This document shows, piece by piece, positions 1 through 9,363 of a stretch of 64,000 nt of DNA. Under the pieces are notes generated by a model. That model had not been told where the DNA came from, ran no database searches, and saw only the letters and a program-made list of their open reading frames with translations. This stretch comes from Candidatus Poriferihabitaceae bacterium (GTDB lineage Bacteria > Pseudomonadota > Gammaproteobacteria > Arenicellales > Poriferihabitantaceae). Positions within the stretch are counted from its first letter, which is position 1, and every line of letters starts with the position of its first letter. A program made the translations under genes and the position numbers. The stretch is taken from NCBI GenBank assembly GCA_965206445.1, contig CBDBJR010000002.1, forward strand, positions 520,719 to 584,718. Direction: 5' to 3'.

Positions 1-36
1 TCCCTCTCCCTCTGGGAGAGGGATTAAGGGTGAGGG
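1..36. repeat. REP-like palindromic element (ccctctccc-tctg-ggagaggg followed by gggtgaggg)
   Basis: Inverted repeat CCCTCTCC/GGAGAGGG. The same family recurs at 39469-39506 (inverted), 39617-39653, 40167-40205, 40244-40280 and 40321-40357. Confidence 0.7.
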
Positions 37-872
37 AAAATAATCTGCTGCACTCAAAAAGAAAAAACAAAATCACAAAAACCCTCGAATCCCGCATGGC
101 ACTGCACCGCTTCATGTGCCACCAATTCGGCTACCAAACCCTGCGTGAAATCCTGGATCGCCTGAAATACCTATCAGATCAATTAGACAAAAAACAAGGC
201 AGCGATTTTGCTCAGGGGATATTGATAAACCTTCAAAGCACCACCCCCACAACAAAGCAAGACTTTGCCCGTTACGATACCAACATCGCCCTCCATAGCC
301 AGACTCTGGGCATGACCGATGAAAAAGGCAGATCGTGGAAACCGTTTCAATATCTCGCCCTGCTCTTTACCGAGCGCTACCTCGATTTGTATTTCCAGGA
401 CCCGGAAACCCTGATTAAAAAACTAAACCAATGGAAACAGACCGAACGCGCCTACACCGACATTCCCGAATATACGATCGACGATCTCCAGACCCTGGCC
501 TTCCAAAGCGCGACCGGTTCGGGCAAAACACTGCTTTTGCACGCCAACATTTTGCAATACCGGCATTATCTGGAACAGCACAAGCGACTGCACAAACTCA
601 ATAAAATCATACTGGTAACCCCGGACGAGGGGATGTCCCGCCAGCACTTGCGCGAACTGCAAGCAAGCAACATTCCGGCGCAGCTGTTCTCGGACGATGC
701 GGCAACCGACGTTTTTTCCCGTGGCGGCACGATGGTGGATATTATCGATATACACAAGTTTGCCGACAAAAAAGGCATAAAACGGGTTACACCGGAAGCG
801 TTTGAAGAAAACAATCTTGTGATGGTGGGCGAGGGGCATTTGGGAACCGGCGGCAAGAAGCCGTGCCGCTGA
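30..872 (+). pseudogene. N-terminal fragment of a DEAD/DEAH (superfamily 2, Res-like) helicase-nuclease gene
   Basis: Walker A motif FQSATGSGKTLL. The ORF stops right after a motif II-like VMVGEGH, and the next ORF overlaps it by 10 nt in another frame. No helicase C-terminal domain follows. Confidence 0.45.
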
Positions 873-1582
873 AGAATGACAACCCGAACTATGTTGAGAA
901 GTATGAGTTGTCTGTCGATGCGAAGGAAAAAAAGCTGATAAAAGAGATTGAACAATTGGTGAAAGAGGTCAAACAGAGCAGATATCAGCTTGCAGATACA
1001 TACGAGTTGAACTTGCTGGATGGAGCGGAGTTATCGCTTCTGGAACCGGAATTTCATGCTTACATACCGCTGCTTCATTGCGACACACGGAAAGACATTC
1101 AAATCTCGCCCGTCGCTTTGAATGGCGGAGAAGCTAAATTTGTAAAACAGCTAAAAGTTGTTGTGGAAGGCAAGCACAGGACTGACTTTCTGCACGGCAA
1201 GGAGATATACCTGATGCGAAATTTGAGTCGTGGGAAAGGCGTTTCGTTCTTTGATGATTTTTCTTTCTACCCGGATTTTATTCTCTGGGTAAAAGATGCG
1301 AACAGGCAGGACATTCTGTTTATAGACCCGAAAGGGCTTGCGTACTATGACTCCAAGATCAAATCTAAAGTGGACCTGCATAGACGAATAAAGGAAACGC
1401 AGAAAAAAATCCAACAGAAGCATACTGAACTGTTTTTACATTCCTATATCTGGACGAACACAAAACCCACAAACATTGGCAGCGACACAAAAATGACGCT
1501 GAAAGAGTGCCGGAAACTGGGCATATTCCTTGATAGCAACCTGGAAATCATATTAAAGCATGCCCTTACAAGTGACGCCTGA
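863..1582 (+). pseudogene. C-terminal fragment of the same helicase-nuclease (PD-(D/E)xK-like tail)
   Basis: YPDFILWVK...ILFIDPKG resembles a PD...(D/E)xK nuclease core. It overlaps the upstream ORF out of frame. The region is AT-richer than the backbone. Confidence 0.4.
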
Positions 1583-1787
1583 CCGATTGCCGACAGCATC
1601 ACACACGCCATCGGCGGATAAGTGCAGTCGCAATCGATCTAACGACGCTTCCAGGGCATGGCCAGCTCTCCCGCCCCTGCTTCCCAACGGCAATGCGCTA
1701 CCAGGTTGCGCCACGCCCATCGCACACAACCGGGGACGGCACGCGACGCTCCTGGTATCGCTGATTCCCGCACTAACTGCGGGCCGG

Positions 1788-2249
1788 TTACTGCTTGATT
1801 GCCGCCACCACCGCCTGGGCGCATTTGCGGTCGTTTTCTATCGCACTGCCGGCCACGCCGATGGCGCCGGTCAATTGGTTGTCGGCGGAGAAAATCGGTT
1901 CACCACCGCCGATCGGCAGCAGGCCGGGGAGTTGCTTGAACTCGGGTTTTTGCGCGACGATTTCGGCGACTTTGTCGGTTGACGAGAACCACGACAGCGC
2001 CGTCTCCGCTTTGAGCGTCGCGCCGGTGTAGGCGGCGGACAAGGCCCCATCCATGCGCAACGAGGCGATCACCCGCTGTCCGCGATCCACGATGACCATG
2101 GCCACGTTCCAGCCGTTTTGTTGCGCCAGGCTATGGCAGGCACGGACACCGGTCAGGGCGTCGGCGGCGGTCAGGTAGGGGCGCGTGGCTTGTGCGCCGG
2201 CAGTAGAGACGGCGAGCAGGAGGGCGGCGCCAACAATAATCTGTTTCAT
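1788..2249 (-). CDS. GlcG/HbpS-like (DUF336) haem-binding protein, secreted
   Basis: 153 aa with an N-terminal signal peptide (MKQIIVGAALLLAVSTAGAQA). The GAIGVAGS motif is typical of the GlcG/DUF336 family. Confidence 0.7.
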   Translation of the reverse strand: MKQIIVGAALLLAVSTAGAQATRPYLTAADALTGVRACHSLAQQNGWNVAMVIVDRGQRVIASLRMDGALSAAYTGATLKAETALSWFSSTDKVAEIVAQKPEFKQLPGLLPIGGGEPIFSADNQLTGAIGVAGSAIENDRKCAQAVVAAIKQ

Positions 2250-2525
2250 TCTATTTCCTCATAAATGGTTTGAATTGGCTAATATAGCAATATCCGCGGT
2301 CGGGCGACCAAAGAGCCGGTCAGCCGACGCGGGTCAGGTAGAAAATACCACAGATTACCATCTCAATTCACGACAGGCACCGATTGAAAACGCGCTTTTT
2401 TTATCGCCCGGTGGCGCTGCGAGCGGCGGCGGAATCTGCGCCCCGGTGTCCGGCAGCGCCACTCGGGGATGAACCGCCCGACGGTGGGGCGAGAATTTGG
2501 TGGCGGATGCTGGTATAAGGTGGCC

Positions 2526-3956
2526 ATGAGCGCTGAAAATCAATCCACCGGCTGGGGTGCTCTGCTGACGCGGGCGCATTTGCCCCGGCTGGCCGTGATG
2601 GCGCTGGCGCTCTGGCTGCACGCGTCCAATTCCCTGCTGGCGGCGACCACTTTGCCCAGCGCCATCGCGGATATCGGCGGGCTCAATCTGATTAGCTGGG
2701 CGTTTGCGCTGTATCTGATGGGCTCGATCACGGCCGGCCCCTGCGTCAGTCTGCTGGTGCATCGCTTCGATATTCGCGGAACCATGCTGCGCGCCACGCT
2801 GATTTTCGCTCTGGGCTGCGCCATTTGCGCCTCGGCGCCCAGCATTTACCTGTTGCTGGCGGGGCGGATCATTCAGGGGTTCGGCGGCGGCCTGCTGGTG
2901 GCGCTGGTCTATATTTGCCAGGTGCGGTTTTTTCCCAACCGGTTCGTGCCCAGGATAGTGGCCTGCATGTCAATGGTGTGGATGCTGTCGGCGCTTTGCG
3001 GGCCGCTGATCGGCGGGGCGTTCGCCACCTGGGGCCTCTGGCGCATGGCATTTTGGGCCTACGCGCTCCAGGCGCTGGCGCTGCTGCTGGCGGTCCGGGT
3101 GATGCCGTCCGGGGACGAAGCATTGCCGGTGGAATCGAAACGCATTCCGCTGGTGCGGCTGACCTTTCTCGTCGGCGCCATCCTGTCGGTGTCCCTGGCG
3201 GGCGCGTATTTTCACCCGCTCTTCTCGCCGCTGCTGATTCTGGTCGGCATCGGCGCACTGGCGGCATTCATCTACTGGGATCGACGGGCCGCCGTCAACC
3301 GCATGCTGCCGCTGGCGCTGACCCGGCTCGACCACCGCGTCGGCAGCGGCATCACGATGACGTTTTGCCTCAGCCTGTCGATCATGTCTTTTATCGTGTA
3401 CGGCCCGCTGATTCTGATCAATCTGTATGGGCTGTCGCCGTTGCAGGTGGGCTTTGTAATCATGCTCGAATCGGTCGGCTGGACGCTGGGCGCGGTTTTC
3501 CTGTCGGGGCTTTCCCCGCAGGCCGAACGCTACCTGATTCGCAGCGGCAGTGTGCTGGTCGCCTTCGGCCTGATCAGCATGGCCGCGTTTTTGCCCAACG
3601 GCCCCCTGGCCGTCGTCATCGTCTGCATCATGCTGCAAAACGTCGGCATGGGCATGATGTGGGGCTACATCGTCCGGCGGGTAGTGGACTCCGCCGACGC
3701 CGACGAGAAAGACCGCACGTCCACGCTGATTCCGGCCACCCAGCAATTGGGGTTTGCCCTTGGTGCGGCATTGAGCGGGCTGATCGCCAACGGCCTCGGC
3801 TTGAGCGCCGCCCTGTCCCCGGAGCGACTAAAGGTGATCACCGTCTGGCTGTTCATCGGCTTCCTGCCCTGCGCTCTGGTGGGCATCGTGCTGGCGTGGA
3901 AATTTACCCGGCAACCGACGACTGTGGCGCAGGCGGAGTCTGGGGGGGTGCTGTGA
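2526..3956 (+). CDS. MFS transporter
   Basis: Long hydrophobic multi-TM ORF with 12-14 predicted helices by eye. The start is placed at the internal ATG 2526 (MSAENQ) and is uncertain. Confidence 0.75.
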   Translation: MSAENQSTGWGALLTRAHLPRLAVMALALWLHASNSLLAATTLPSAIADIGGLNLISWAFALYLMGSITAGPCVSLLVHRFDIRGTMLRATLIFALGCAICASAPSIYLLLAGRIIQGFGGGLLVALVYICQVRFFPNRFVPRIVACMSMVWMLSALCGPLIGGAFATWGLWRMAFWAYALQALALLLAVRVMPSGDEALPVESKRIPLVRLTFLVGAILSVSLAGAYFHPLFSPLLILVGIGALAAFIYWDRRAAVNRMLPLALTRLDHRVGSGITMTFCLSLSIMSFIVYGPLILINLYGLSPLQVGFVIMLESVGWTLGAVFLSGLSPQAERYLIRSGSVLVAFGLISMAAFLPNGPLAVVIVCIMLQNVGMGMMWGYIVRRVVDSADADEKDRTSTLIPATQQLGFALGAALSGLIANGLGLSAALSPERLKVITVWLFIGFLPCALVGIVLAWKFTRQPTTVAQAESGGVL

Positions 3957-4014
3957 TGCAGTGGGGGAGTGTGATGGGTTGGATGCGAGTGGCGGCGGTT
4001 GTCAGCTTGCCGGC
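3673..4014. repeat. Direct repeat copy 1 (3' end of the MFS gene plus ~55 nt downstream)
   Basis: Near-identical to 5721-6051. Only a few substitutions and small indels are seen by eye. Confidence 0.9.
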
Positions 4015-4077
4015 GGTAGACAAATGCTTTGCAGCATTGGTCGACAAATTGCAGTGCGAAAAGTGGGGGGTAGAGGT

Positions 4078-4938
4078 ATGCATGCGCAATATCAAATCAT
4101 AGAGATTGGTCTCGCCTCGGTGGAGGAGAGTGAGACGATGGGCACCAGAGAGAAATTCTGGTTTCGTGATGTGGACGGGCGTCCCTGGCTATTCAAGCAT
4201 CCGCGTAAAAATACGGGCGAGCACTGGGCGGAGAAGATTGCCGCATCAGTAGCATCCATGCTCAAGGTTGCGCATGCGAAGGTAGAGCTGGCAAAGTTTG
4301 GCGGTGTGCGTGGCTCGGCGACAGCGTCTTTTATCTGTAATGATGAAGCTTTGTTTCATGGCAACGAGCTATTGGAAGAGTTCATTGATGATTACGATCC
4401 TGAGGCCGGATTTCGCTACTCAAGCCATACACTGAAAAATATCTTGAGCTTAGGACCAGATTTCGACATGAAGCAAGCCATTGCTGAATACATGGTTTTG
4501 GATGCATTGATTGGCAATACGGACCGTCACCACGAAAACTGGGGGATGATCTACAACACTGGGGATAAAAGCTGGCAGGTTTTGGCAGCCCCTTCGTTCG
4601 ATCACGCATCTTCTTTAGGGCGGGAGCTTCTGGATGAGAAGCGCGATAGGCTGATGAAGGAGGATCGGGTCGGCCACTATGCGAAAAGGGGACACGGTGC
4701 GATTTACTGGTCGGAGGACGAAAAACGCGGCCCCAGCCCGCTGGAACTGGTGCGCCGTGCGGCCAGCACCTATTCGAATCTTTTCCATAAGGTAGCCGGA
4801 AATCTTAAAAAGATACGCGAGGATGATTTTGATCAAATAATCGCCAGGATCCCTGCGGATTGGATGACAGGCCCGGAGCGGCAGTTTGCAGCTGAACTTA
4901 TGCGCTATAATTACAGCAAGCTACGGGAGGTTTTATGA
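4078..4938 (+). CDS. HipA-like Ser/Thr kinase (C-terminal kinase domain type)
   Basis: The LIGNTDRHHENWG catalytic-loop motif is characteristic of the HipA C-terminal domain. ATG 4078 is preceded by gaggt. The stop overlaps the next gene start (ATGA). Confidence 0.75.
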   Translation: MHAQYQIIEIGLASVEESETMGTREKFWFRDVDGRPWLFKHPRKNTGEHWAEKIAASVASMLKVAHAKVELAKFGGVRGSATASFICNDEALFHGNELLEEFIDDYDPEAGFRYSSHTLKNILSLGPDFDMKQAIAEYMVLDALIGNTDRHHENWGMIYNTGDKSWQVLAAPSFDHASSLGRELLDEKRDRLMKEDRVGHYAKRGHGAIYWSEDEKRGPSPLELVRRAASTYSNLFHKVAGNLKKIREDDFDQIIARIPADWMTGPERQFAAELMRYNYSKLREVL

Positions 4939-5681
4939 ATACAAAAGTCTTATTTTTGGCATGGCAGGGTAAAAAAGCAGACGGCCAGCCCTGGTTTCCG
5001 GTCGGCAGGTTGGATGTCGAGTCTGATACGTCCTATCGCTTCCGCTACATCGGCGGTGTACAACGAGCAGTAGAAAGGGCGGGGTTTTCGCCGTTGCCCA
5101 GCTTTCTTGATCTGGAAAAAGATTATCGTTCCTCAAAGCTGTTTGCCCTGTTCCAAAATCGGATTATGAAGCCGGCAAGACCCGACTTCGAGGCGTATTT
5201 GCGCAGCCTTGACTTGCACAATAACGCCAACCCCATCGAAATTTTATCGGCCAATGGCGGTACCCGGGCAACGGATACTTTCGAGGTTTTTCCGAAGCCC
5301 GAAAAGGACGCTAAAGGCAATTTTACCTGTCGCTTCTTCCTGCACAGCTGGCGATATAGCAATGAATTCGCTCGACAACGAATTGATTTCTTGAAGGAGG
5401 GTGAAGACTTGTACCTGACCCTGGAACTGACCAATCCGGAAACCGGACTGGCGGTACAGGTTCAGACGACGGACTATTACATGATCGGCTGGGCACCGCG
5501 TTATCTCGTGGATGATTTGGCGAGTGCGATGGTCGAAGGCCCCGTTGATTACAAAGCGAAAGTAATACGCTTAATCCCTCAGTCGGCGCGATCGAAACAG
5601 CGTGTTTTGATCGAGATGAGCGGGCGCTGGAATAAGCACGAACCAATGAGCAGCCCGGATTTCGAGCCTTTGGTTGAGTGA
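4935..5681 (+). CDS. HIRAN domain-containing protein
   Basis: The C-terminal half (LYLTLELTNPETGLAVQVQTTDYYMIGWAPRYL) fits the HIRAN pattern (L.L..E..NP.D..AV.V....IG..PR). It is translationally coupled to the HipA-like gene. Confidence 0.6.
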   Translation: MNTKVLFLAWQGKKADGQPWFPVGRLDVESDTSYRFRYIGGVQRAVERAGFSPLPSFLDLEKDYRSSKLFALFQNRIMKPARPDFEAYLRSLDLHNNANPIEILSANGGTRATDTFEVFPKPEKDAKGNFTCRFFLHSWRYSNEFARQRIDFLKEGEDLYLTLELTNPETGLAVQVQTTDYYMIGWAPRYLVDDLASAMVEGPVDYKAKVIRLIPQSARSKQRVLIEMSGRWNKHEPMSSPDFEPLVE

Positions 5682-5720
5682 CTCTCTTCCGATAACACAG
5701 TCCGTCACAACGCGACAACA

Positions 5721-6051
5721 TCCGGCGGGTAGTGGACTCTGCCGACGCCGACGAGAAAGACCGCACGTCCACGCTGATTCCGGCCACCCAGCAATTGGGG
5801 TTTGCCCTTGGTGCGGCATTAAGCGGGCTGATCGCCAACGGCCTCGGCTTGAGTGCCGCCCTGTCCCCGGAGCGACTAAAGGTGATCACCGTCTGGCTGT
5901 TCATCGGCTTCCTGCCCTGCGCTCTGGCGGGCATCGTGCTGGCGTGGAAATTTACCCGGCAAACGACGACTGTGGCGCAGGCGGAGTCTGGGGGGTGCCG
6001 TGATGAAGCAGGTGAGTGTAACGGGTTGGATGCGAGCGGCGGCGGTTGTCA
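5721..6051 (+). pseudogene. Duplicated 3' fragment of the MFS gene (direct repeat copy 2)
   Basis: Encodes VDSADADEKDRTSTLIPATQQLGFALGAALSGLIANG...AQAESGG, almost identical to the C-terminus of the 2526-3956 product. It has no N-terminal part. Confidence 0.9.
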
Positions 6052-6086
6052 CGAGATGATTGTCGTGTAGAAAATCGCCTCCACAC

Positions 6087-6611
6087 TTATAGATTGAGCA
6101 CTTTTTTTAGCCATTCGGCGGCGGCGTTGACATCGCACAGGGCGGTCACTTCGGCTCCTTGTCGGCGGTAATCGATTTTCTCTCCTGCCAATTTGGCCGA
6201 CCAACCGCCGCTTTTCGACATCACCGCAACCGGTTTGTCGAGTTGCCATGCAAAAGCAATTTCGGAAAGCGTTCCCGACCCCCCGCGCACGCCGATACAG
6301 GCGTCACCGGCACGGGCAACAAGCAAATTACGAAACAGATCGAGCCCGGTCGGGATGACAATATCGACGAACGAATTGGCGTCATCGAACTTGGCCGACG
6401 GAATAATGCCGATGGTGTCGCCCGGCTCGTAGCCGGTGGCGGTTTTTGCACCGCGGCATACGGCGGTCATTGCGCCGCCGAGTCCACCACAAACGATTCG
6501 GCAGTTCAGGTTCACAATCTCCCGCCCAAGGTCTTCGCACAGCGACTCGACTTCGGGCGCACCGGAAAGATCGTGGGAGCCGAATACGGCAACGGATGGT
6601 TTTCTTTTCAT
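6087..6611 (-). CDS. TIGR00725/LOG-like (SLOG Rossmann fold) protein
   Basis: 174 aa. The motifs VFGS...CGGLGGAM...GGSGTLSEI are typical of the lysine-decarboxylase-like/LOG superfamily. Confidence 0.65.
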   Translation of the reverse strand: MKRKPSVAVFGSHDLSGAPEVESLCEDLGREIVNLNCRIVCGGLGGAMTAVCRGAKTATGYEPGDTIGIIPSAKFDDANSFVDIVIPTGLDLFRNLLVARAGDACIGVRGGSGTLSEIAFAWQLDKPVAVMSKSGGWSAKLAGEKIDYRRQGAEVTALCDVNAAAEWLKKVLNL

Positions 6612-6771
6612 TTGATGAATTATACAGGTTTATAGAGATAACAAGACGCCAAAAAAAAATCCGTCAAAGGGGTGTATAAGCTCAGAAACGGTTGGCAGTT
6701 TGCTATAATGCCGCCTCGGTGCCTGGCTTAACCGGCACATTGCCGACAATGGAAATTTTATACTCAGACCA

Positions 6772-7872
6772 ATGATAAAGCGCATCCACATTGACAACTA
6801 CAAGTGCATGAGCAACTTTGACCTGCACTTTGGCGATTTAACGCTGCTTGCCGGGCCAAACGGCTGCGGCAAGTCCGCCGTGTTTGAAGTGGCGCAGAAA
6901 TTGCGCGACCTCATCCACAACGAAAAGCGGGTCGATCAATTGTTTTTCGCCGCCGACCTTACGCGCTGGAGCAACAACCTTAAGCAGCGCTTTGAGTTGG
7001 AAATCACCCGCAAGGAAGGCGGCGATTATCTTTATCAGCTCACCATTGAGCATCACCACGACAAGCCGCTGGTGCGCGTGATAAAAGAAAACCTGTTGTT
7101 TAACGACAAGCCGCTGTTCGCGTCCGAAAACGGCGATGTGCAGCTGTACCGAAATAACCACAGCGAAGGGCCGACGTTTTCGATGGGTTGGACACAGTCC
7201 GGGCTTGCCGTGGTGGCCGACCGGCCCGATAACACGCTGCTGCAGGAATTTCGCCAGCAAGTCCACCGTTTGACGATAGTCTCGCTGGAGCCCAGACAAA
7301 TGCTGGCGGTTTCCGATGTCGAAGCGAATACGCCGGCCGTCAGCGGGAAAAATTTTGCCTCGTGGTATCGCGGAAGATTGCAGGCAGATCCCACGCGCAC
7401 GGTAAAAGTCGACGACCATTTGCGAGATATTCTGCCGGGATTCTGCGGCCTGAAATCCATGCGGCAAAGCACCGAGCACTGGGAACTGCATGCGGAATTT
7501 TCTTCGGCGGAGGGAAAGCAAAAAAGCACCTATCGCTTTGACGCACTCTCCGACGGGCAGCGCGCATTGATTGTGCTTTATCTGCTGCTGTTTGCCGATG
7601 ATGCCAACCGTACGCTGCTGTTGGACGAGCCGGACAACTATGTCACCCTGCCGGAACTACAGCCCTGGCTGGCCGAGTTAAAAGACGAATGCGGCGATGA
7701 ATTGCCGCAAACCGTATTGATTTCGCATCACCCGGAAGCATTGAATTTTCTCCCTAACGACACGATCTGGCTGACGCGCGAACCGGAAAGCCACACGCGC
7801 ATTGCCGAACCCTCGTTAAATGGTACCGGACTCAGCATCTCTGAACTTTACGCGAGAAGGCAGATTCCATGA
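6772..7872 (+). CDS. ABC-type (AAA_15/21-like) ATPase
   Basis: Walker A GPNGCGKSA, ABC signature LSDGQRAL, Walker B LLLDEPDNY. No TM segments. The stop overlaps the next gene start (ATGA). Confidence 0.75.
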   Translation: MIKRIHIDNYKCMSNFDLHFGDLTLLAGPNGCGKSAVFEVAQKLRDLIHNEKRVDQLFFAADLTRWSNNLKQRFELEITRKEGGDYLYQLTIEHHHDKPLVRVIKENLLFNDKPLFASENGDVQLYRNNHSEGPTFSMGWTQSGLAVVADRPDNTLLQEFRQQVHRLTIVSLEPRQMLAVSDVEANTPAVSGKNFASWYRGRLQADPTRTVKVDDHLRDILPGFCGLKSMRQSTEHWELHAEFSSAEGKQKSTYRFDALSDGQRALIVLYLLLFADDANRTLLLDEPDNYVTLPELQPWLAELKDECGDELPQTVLISHHPEALNFLPNDTIWLTREPESHTRIAEPSLNGTGLSISELYARRQIP

Positions 7873-8399
7873 GCCGCCCGTTCACCACCATCCTTTGCGA
7901 AGATCAGCAACAACAAACATTCATTTACCGCTTTTTGAAACGACGAGGATGGAAGAAAGACAACTTTCGCCTGATTGCAGTACCGGCAGGAAAGGCTGAC
8001 GGCAAGCAACATGTCCGAGAAAAATACCCCTTTGAATTGCGCGCTTTGCGTACCGCCACAAAACACACCGCGCTTGTGGTGATGACTGACGGCAACGGGG
8101 ACGGCATACAGAAAAGGATGAACCAATTGGATAATGCCTGCGACAAGGAAAATATTGGGCGCCGAAAATCCGACGACAAAGTGGTTGTGCTCATCCCCAC
8201 CCGCAACATTGAAACATGGCTCGCCTATTTGGGTGGCGAATCCGTGGATGAAACGCAGCCATATCTCCAATTCAAGAAAGAAGGGAAATACAAGCGTCAT
8301 GTGACCGCACTGATACAAATGTGCAATGCCAACGAATTGCGCCCCCCCGCACCGCCCTCGTTGCAAGCAGCATGCGAGGAATACGCAAAATTGCGGTGA
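7869..8399 (+). CDS. Small TOPRIM-like protein (DUF4276/RloB-like partner of the ATPase)
   Basis: 176 aa with an N-terminal acidic ILCED, a central DxD-type MTDGNGDG and a late IETW motif. This is the layout of split OLD-family TOPRIM partners. The family assignment is by pattern only. Confidence 0.45.
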   Translation: MSRPFTTILCEDQQQQTFIYRFLKRRGWKKDNFRLIAVPAGKADGKQHVREKYPFELRALRTATKHTALVVMTDGNGDGIQKRMNQLDNACDKENIGRRKSDDKVVVLIPTRNIETWLAYLGGESVDETQPYLQFKKEGKYKRHVTALIQMCNANELRPPAPPSLQAACEEYAKLR

Positions 8400-8549
8400 T
8401 ACCGCAATTTGATTCCGCTTCAACCACAAAAAACCGCCCACCTGTTTTTTCGATTCGCGCGATGTTGCCGCCAAAATCAATACCGTCAAAAACAGCGTAT
8501 CACACCCGCCAACCGAAACAGTTTTAACCCCCCTTACCCTTTACCCGCA

Positions 8550-9281
8550 CTACTTATCCTTCACATACTCCGTGCTGTAGCCATTAAACAAATGCCCAAA
8601 CAAACCGCGGTCAAGATCCGACGTGCCGAACCACCAATCCGCAATAGGAAACGTCAGGTTCATATTCTTGCGCATCATGATCGACTGGTTATGGTGCGCC
8701 GTATGGTGGCGGCGCAGCGTATTGACCAGCGGACAATGGCGAACAAACCAATTCTCATCGATATGACAGCAAAAGTGCATGAACTCGTAGATCAGGTAAA
8801 TACTAGTAGTGACGCCCATCAGCAGCCAGCCGGTATTCGGTGAAATCAGCCAGCCGGCGGCGAGTGCAGCGGGCGCCGACATCAGGATAAACACGACCAG
8901 GGCGTAGGGCGGGAAGACCGTCACGCGCCAGTCGATGGGGCCGGCAAAGCGCATTTCGGTGTCGGTGAAGAATTGGTGATGCATCAGCGTATGGCGGGTA
9001 TAGATCGCCCGCAGCGCCCGGTTTTTGCGCGGTCGGTGCATGACCTGGGCATGCAGCAACCACTCGAACAGGTTGGCCAGCACAAACACCACCGGGACCG
9101 TCAGCCACTCCCACCAGAGCGGTTGATGAATGTGCGCGCCGTACACATAGAGCGCACCGAAACCGATGGCATAAATTAAAACCACGTGTAAAAACCCGTT
9201 GTACCAGGCGACGATGCGTTCACGGTAAATTTGCCGGTAGTCAAACTGACGCGGGGTCATGGGGCTATCTGCTAATTCCAT
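8550..9281 (-). CDS. Fatty acid hydroxylase / sterol desaturase family membrane protein
   Basis: Three histidine boxes (HAQVMH, HTLMHH, HHTAHH) and several TM segments. Confidence 0.75.
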   Translation of the reverse strand: MELADSPMTPRQFDYRQIYRERIVAWYNGFLHVVLIYAIGFGALYVYGAHIHQPLWWEWLTVPVVFVLANLFEWLLHAQVMHRPRKNRALRAIYTRHTLMHHQFFTDTEMRFAGPIDWRVTVFPPYALVVFILMSAPAALAAGWLISPNTGWLLMGVTTSIYLIYEFMHFCCHIDENWFVRHCPLVNTLRRHHTAHHNQSIMMRKNMNLTFPIADWWFGTSDLDRGLFGHLFNGYSTEYVKDK

Positions 9282-9363
9282 TGTGTACCTCCAGGATCAG
9301 GGGGTGAGCGGGGCGGCGGTGGCTGCGGCGGCGCATCGATGCAGATGGAAGCCGACCCTTCCA

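Noticed and set aside
2825-4102. Long alternative-frame and antisense ORFs over real genes. Examples: 2825-4102(+), 2970-3746(-), 31923-33140(-), 33141-34520(-), 46950-49022(-), 56104-57564(-), 40613-41839(+), 41173-42294(+), 44192-45637(+), 50670-51893(+).
   Set aside because: Their translations are Arg/Ala/Gly/Pro/His-rich low-complexity strings with no motifs. They overlap ORFs that carry clear family signatures. These are typical shadow ORFs of GC-rich DNA.
5732-6070. 112-aa ORF as an independent small membrane protein
   Set aside because: It is a near-exact copy of the MFS C-terminus created by the direct repeat. It has no promoter or RBS evidence of its own.
6087-6611. LOG/SLOG-like gene as part of the adjacent ATPase/TOPRIM module
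   Set aside because: It is on the opposite strand, has backbone-like GC and has no coupling to the pair. An association cannot be supported from this window alone.
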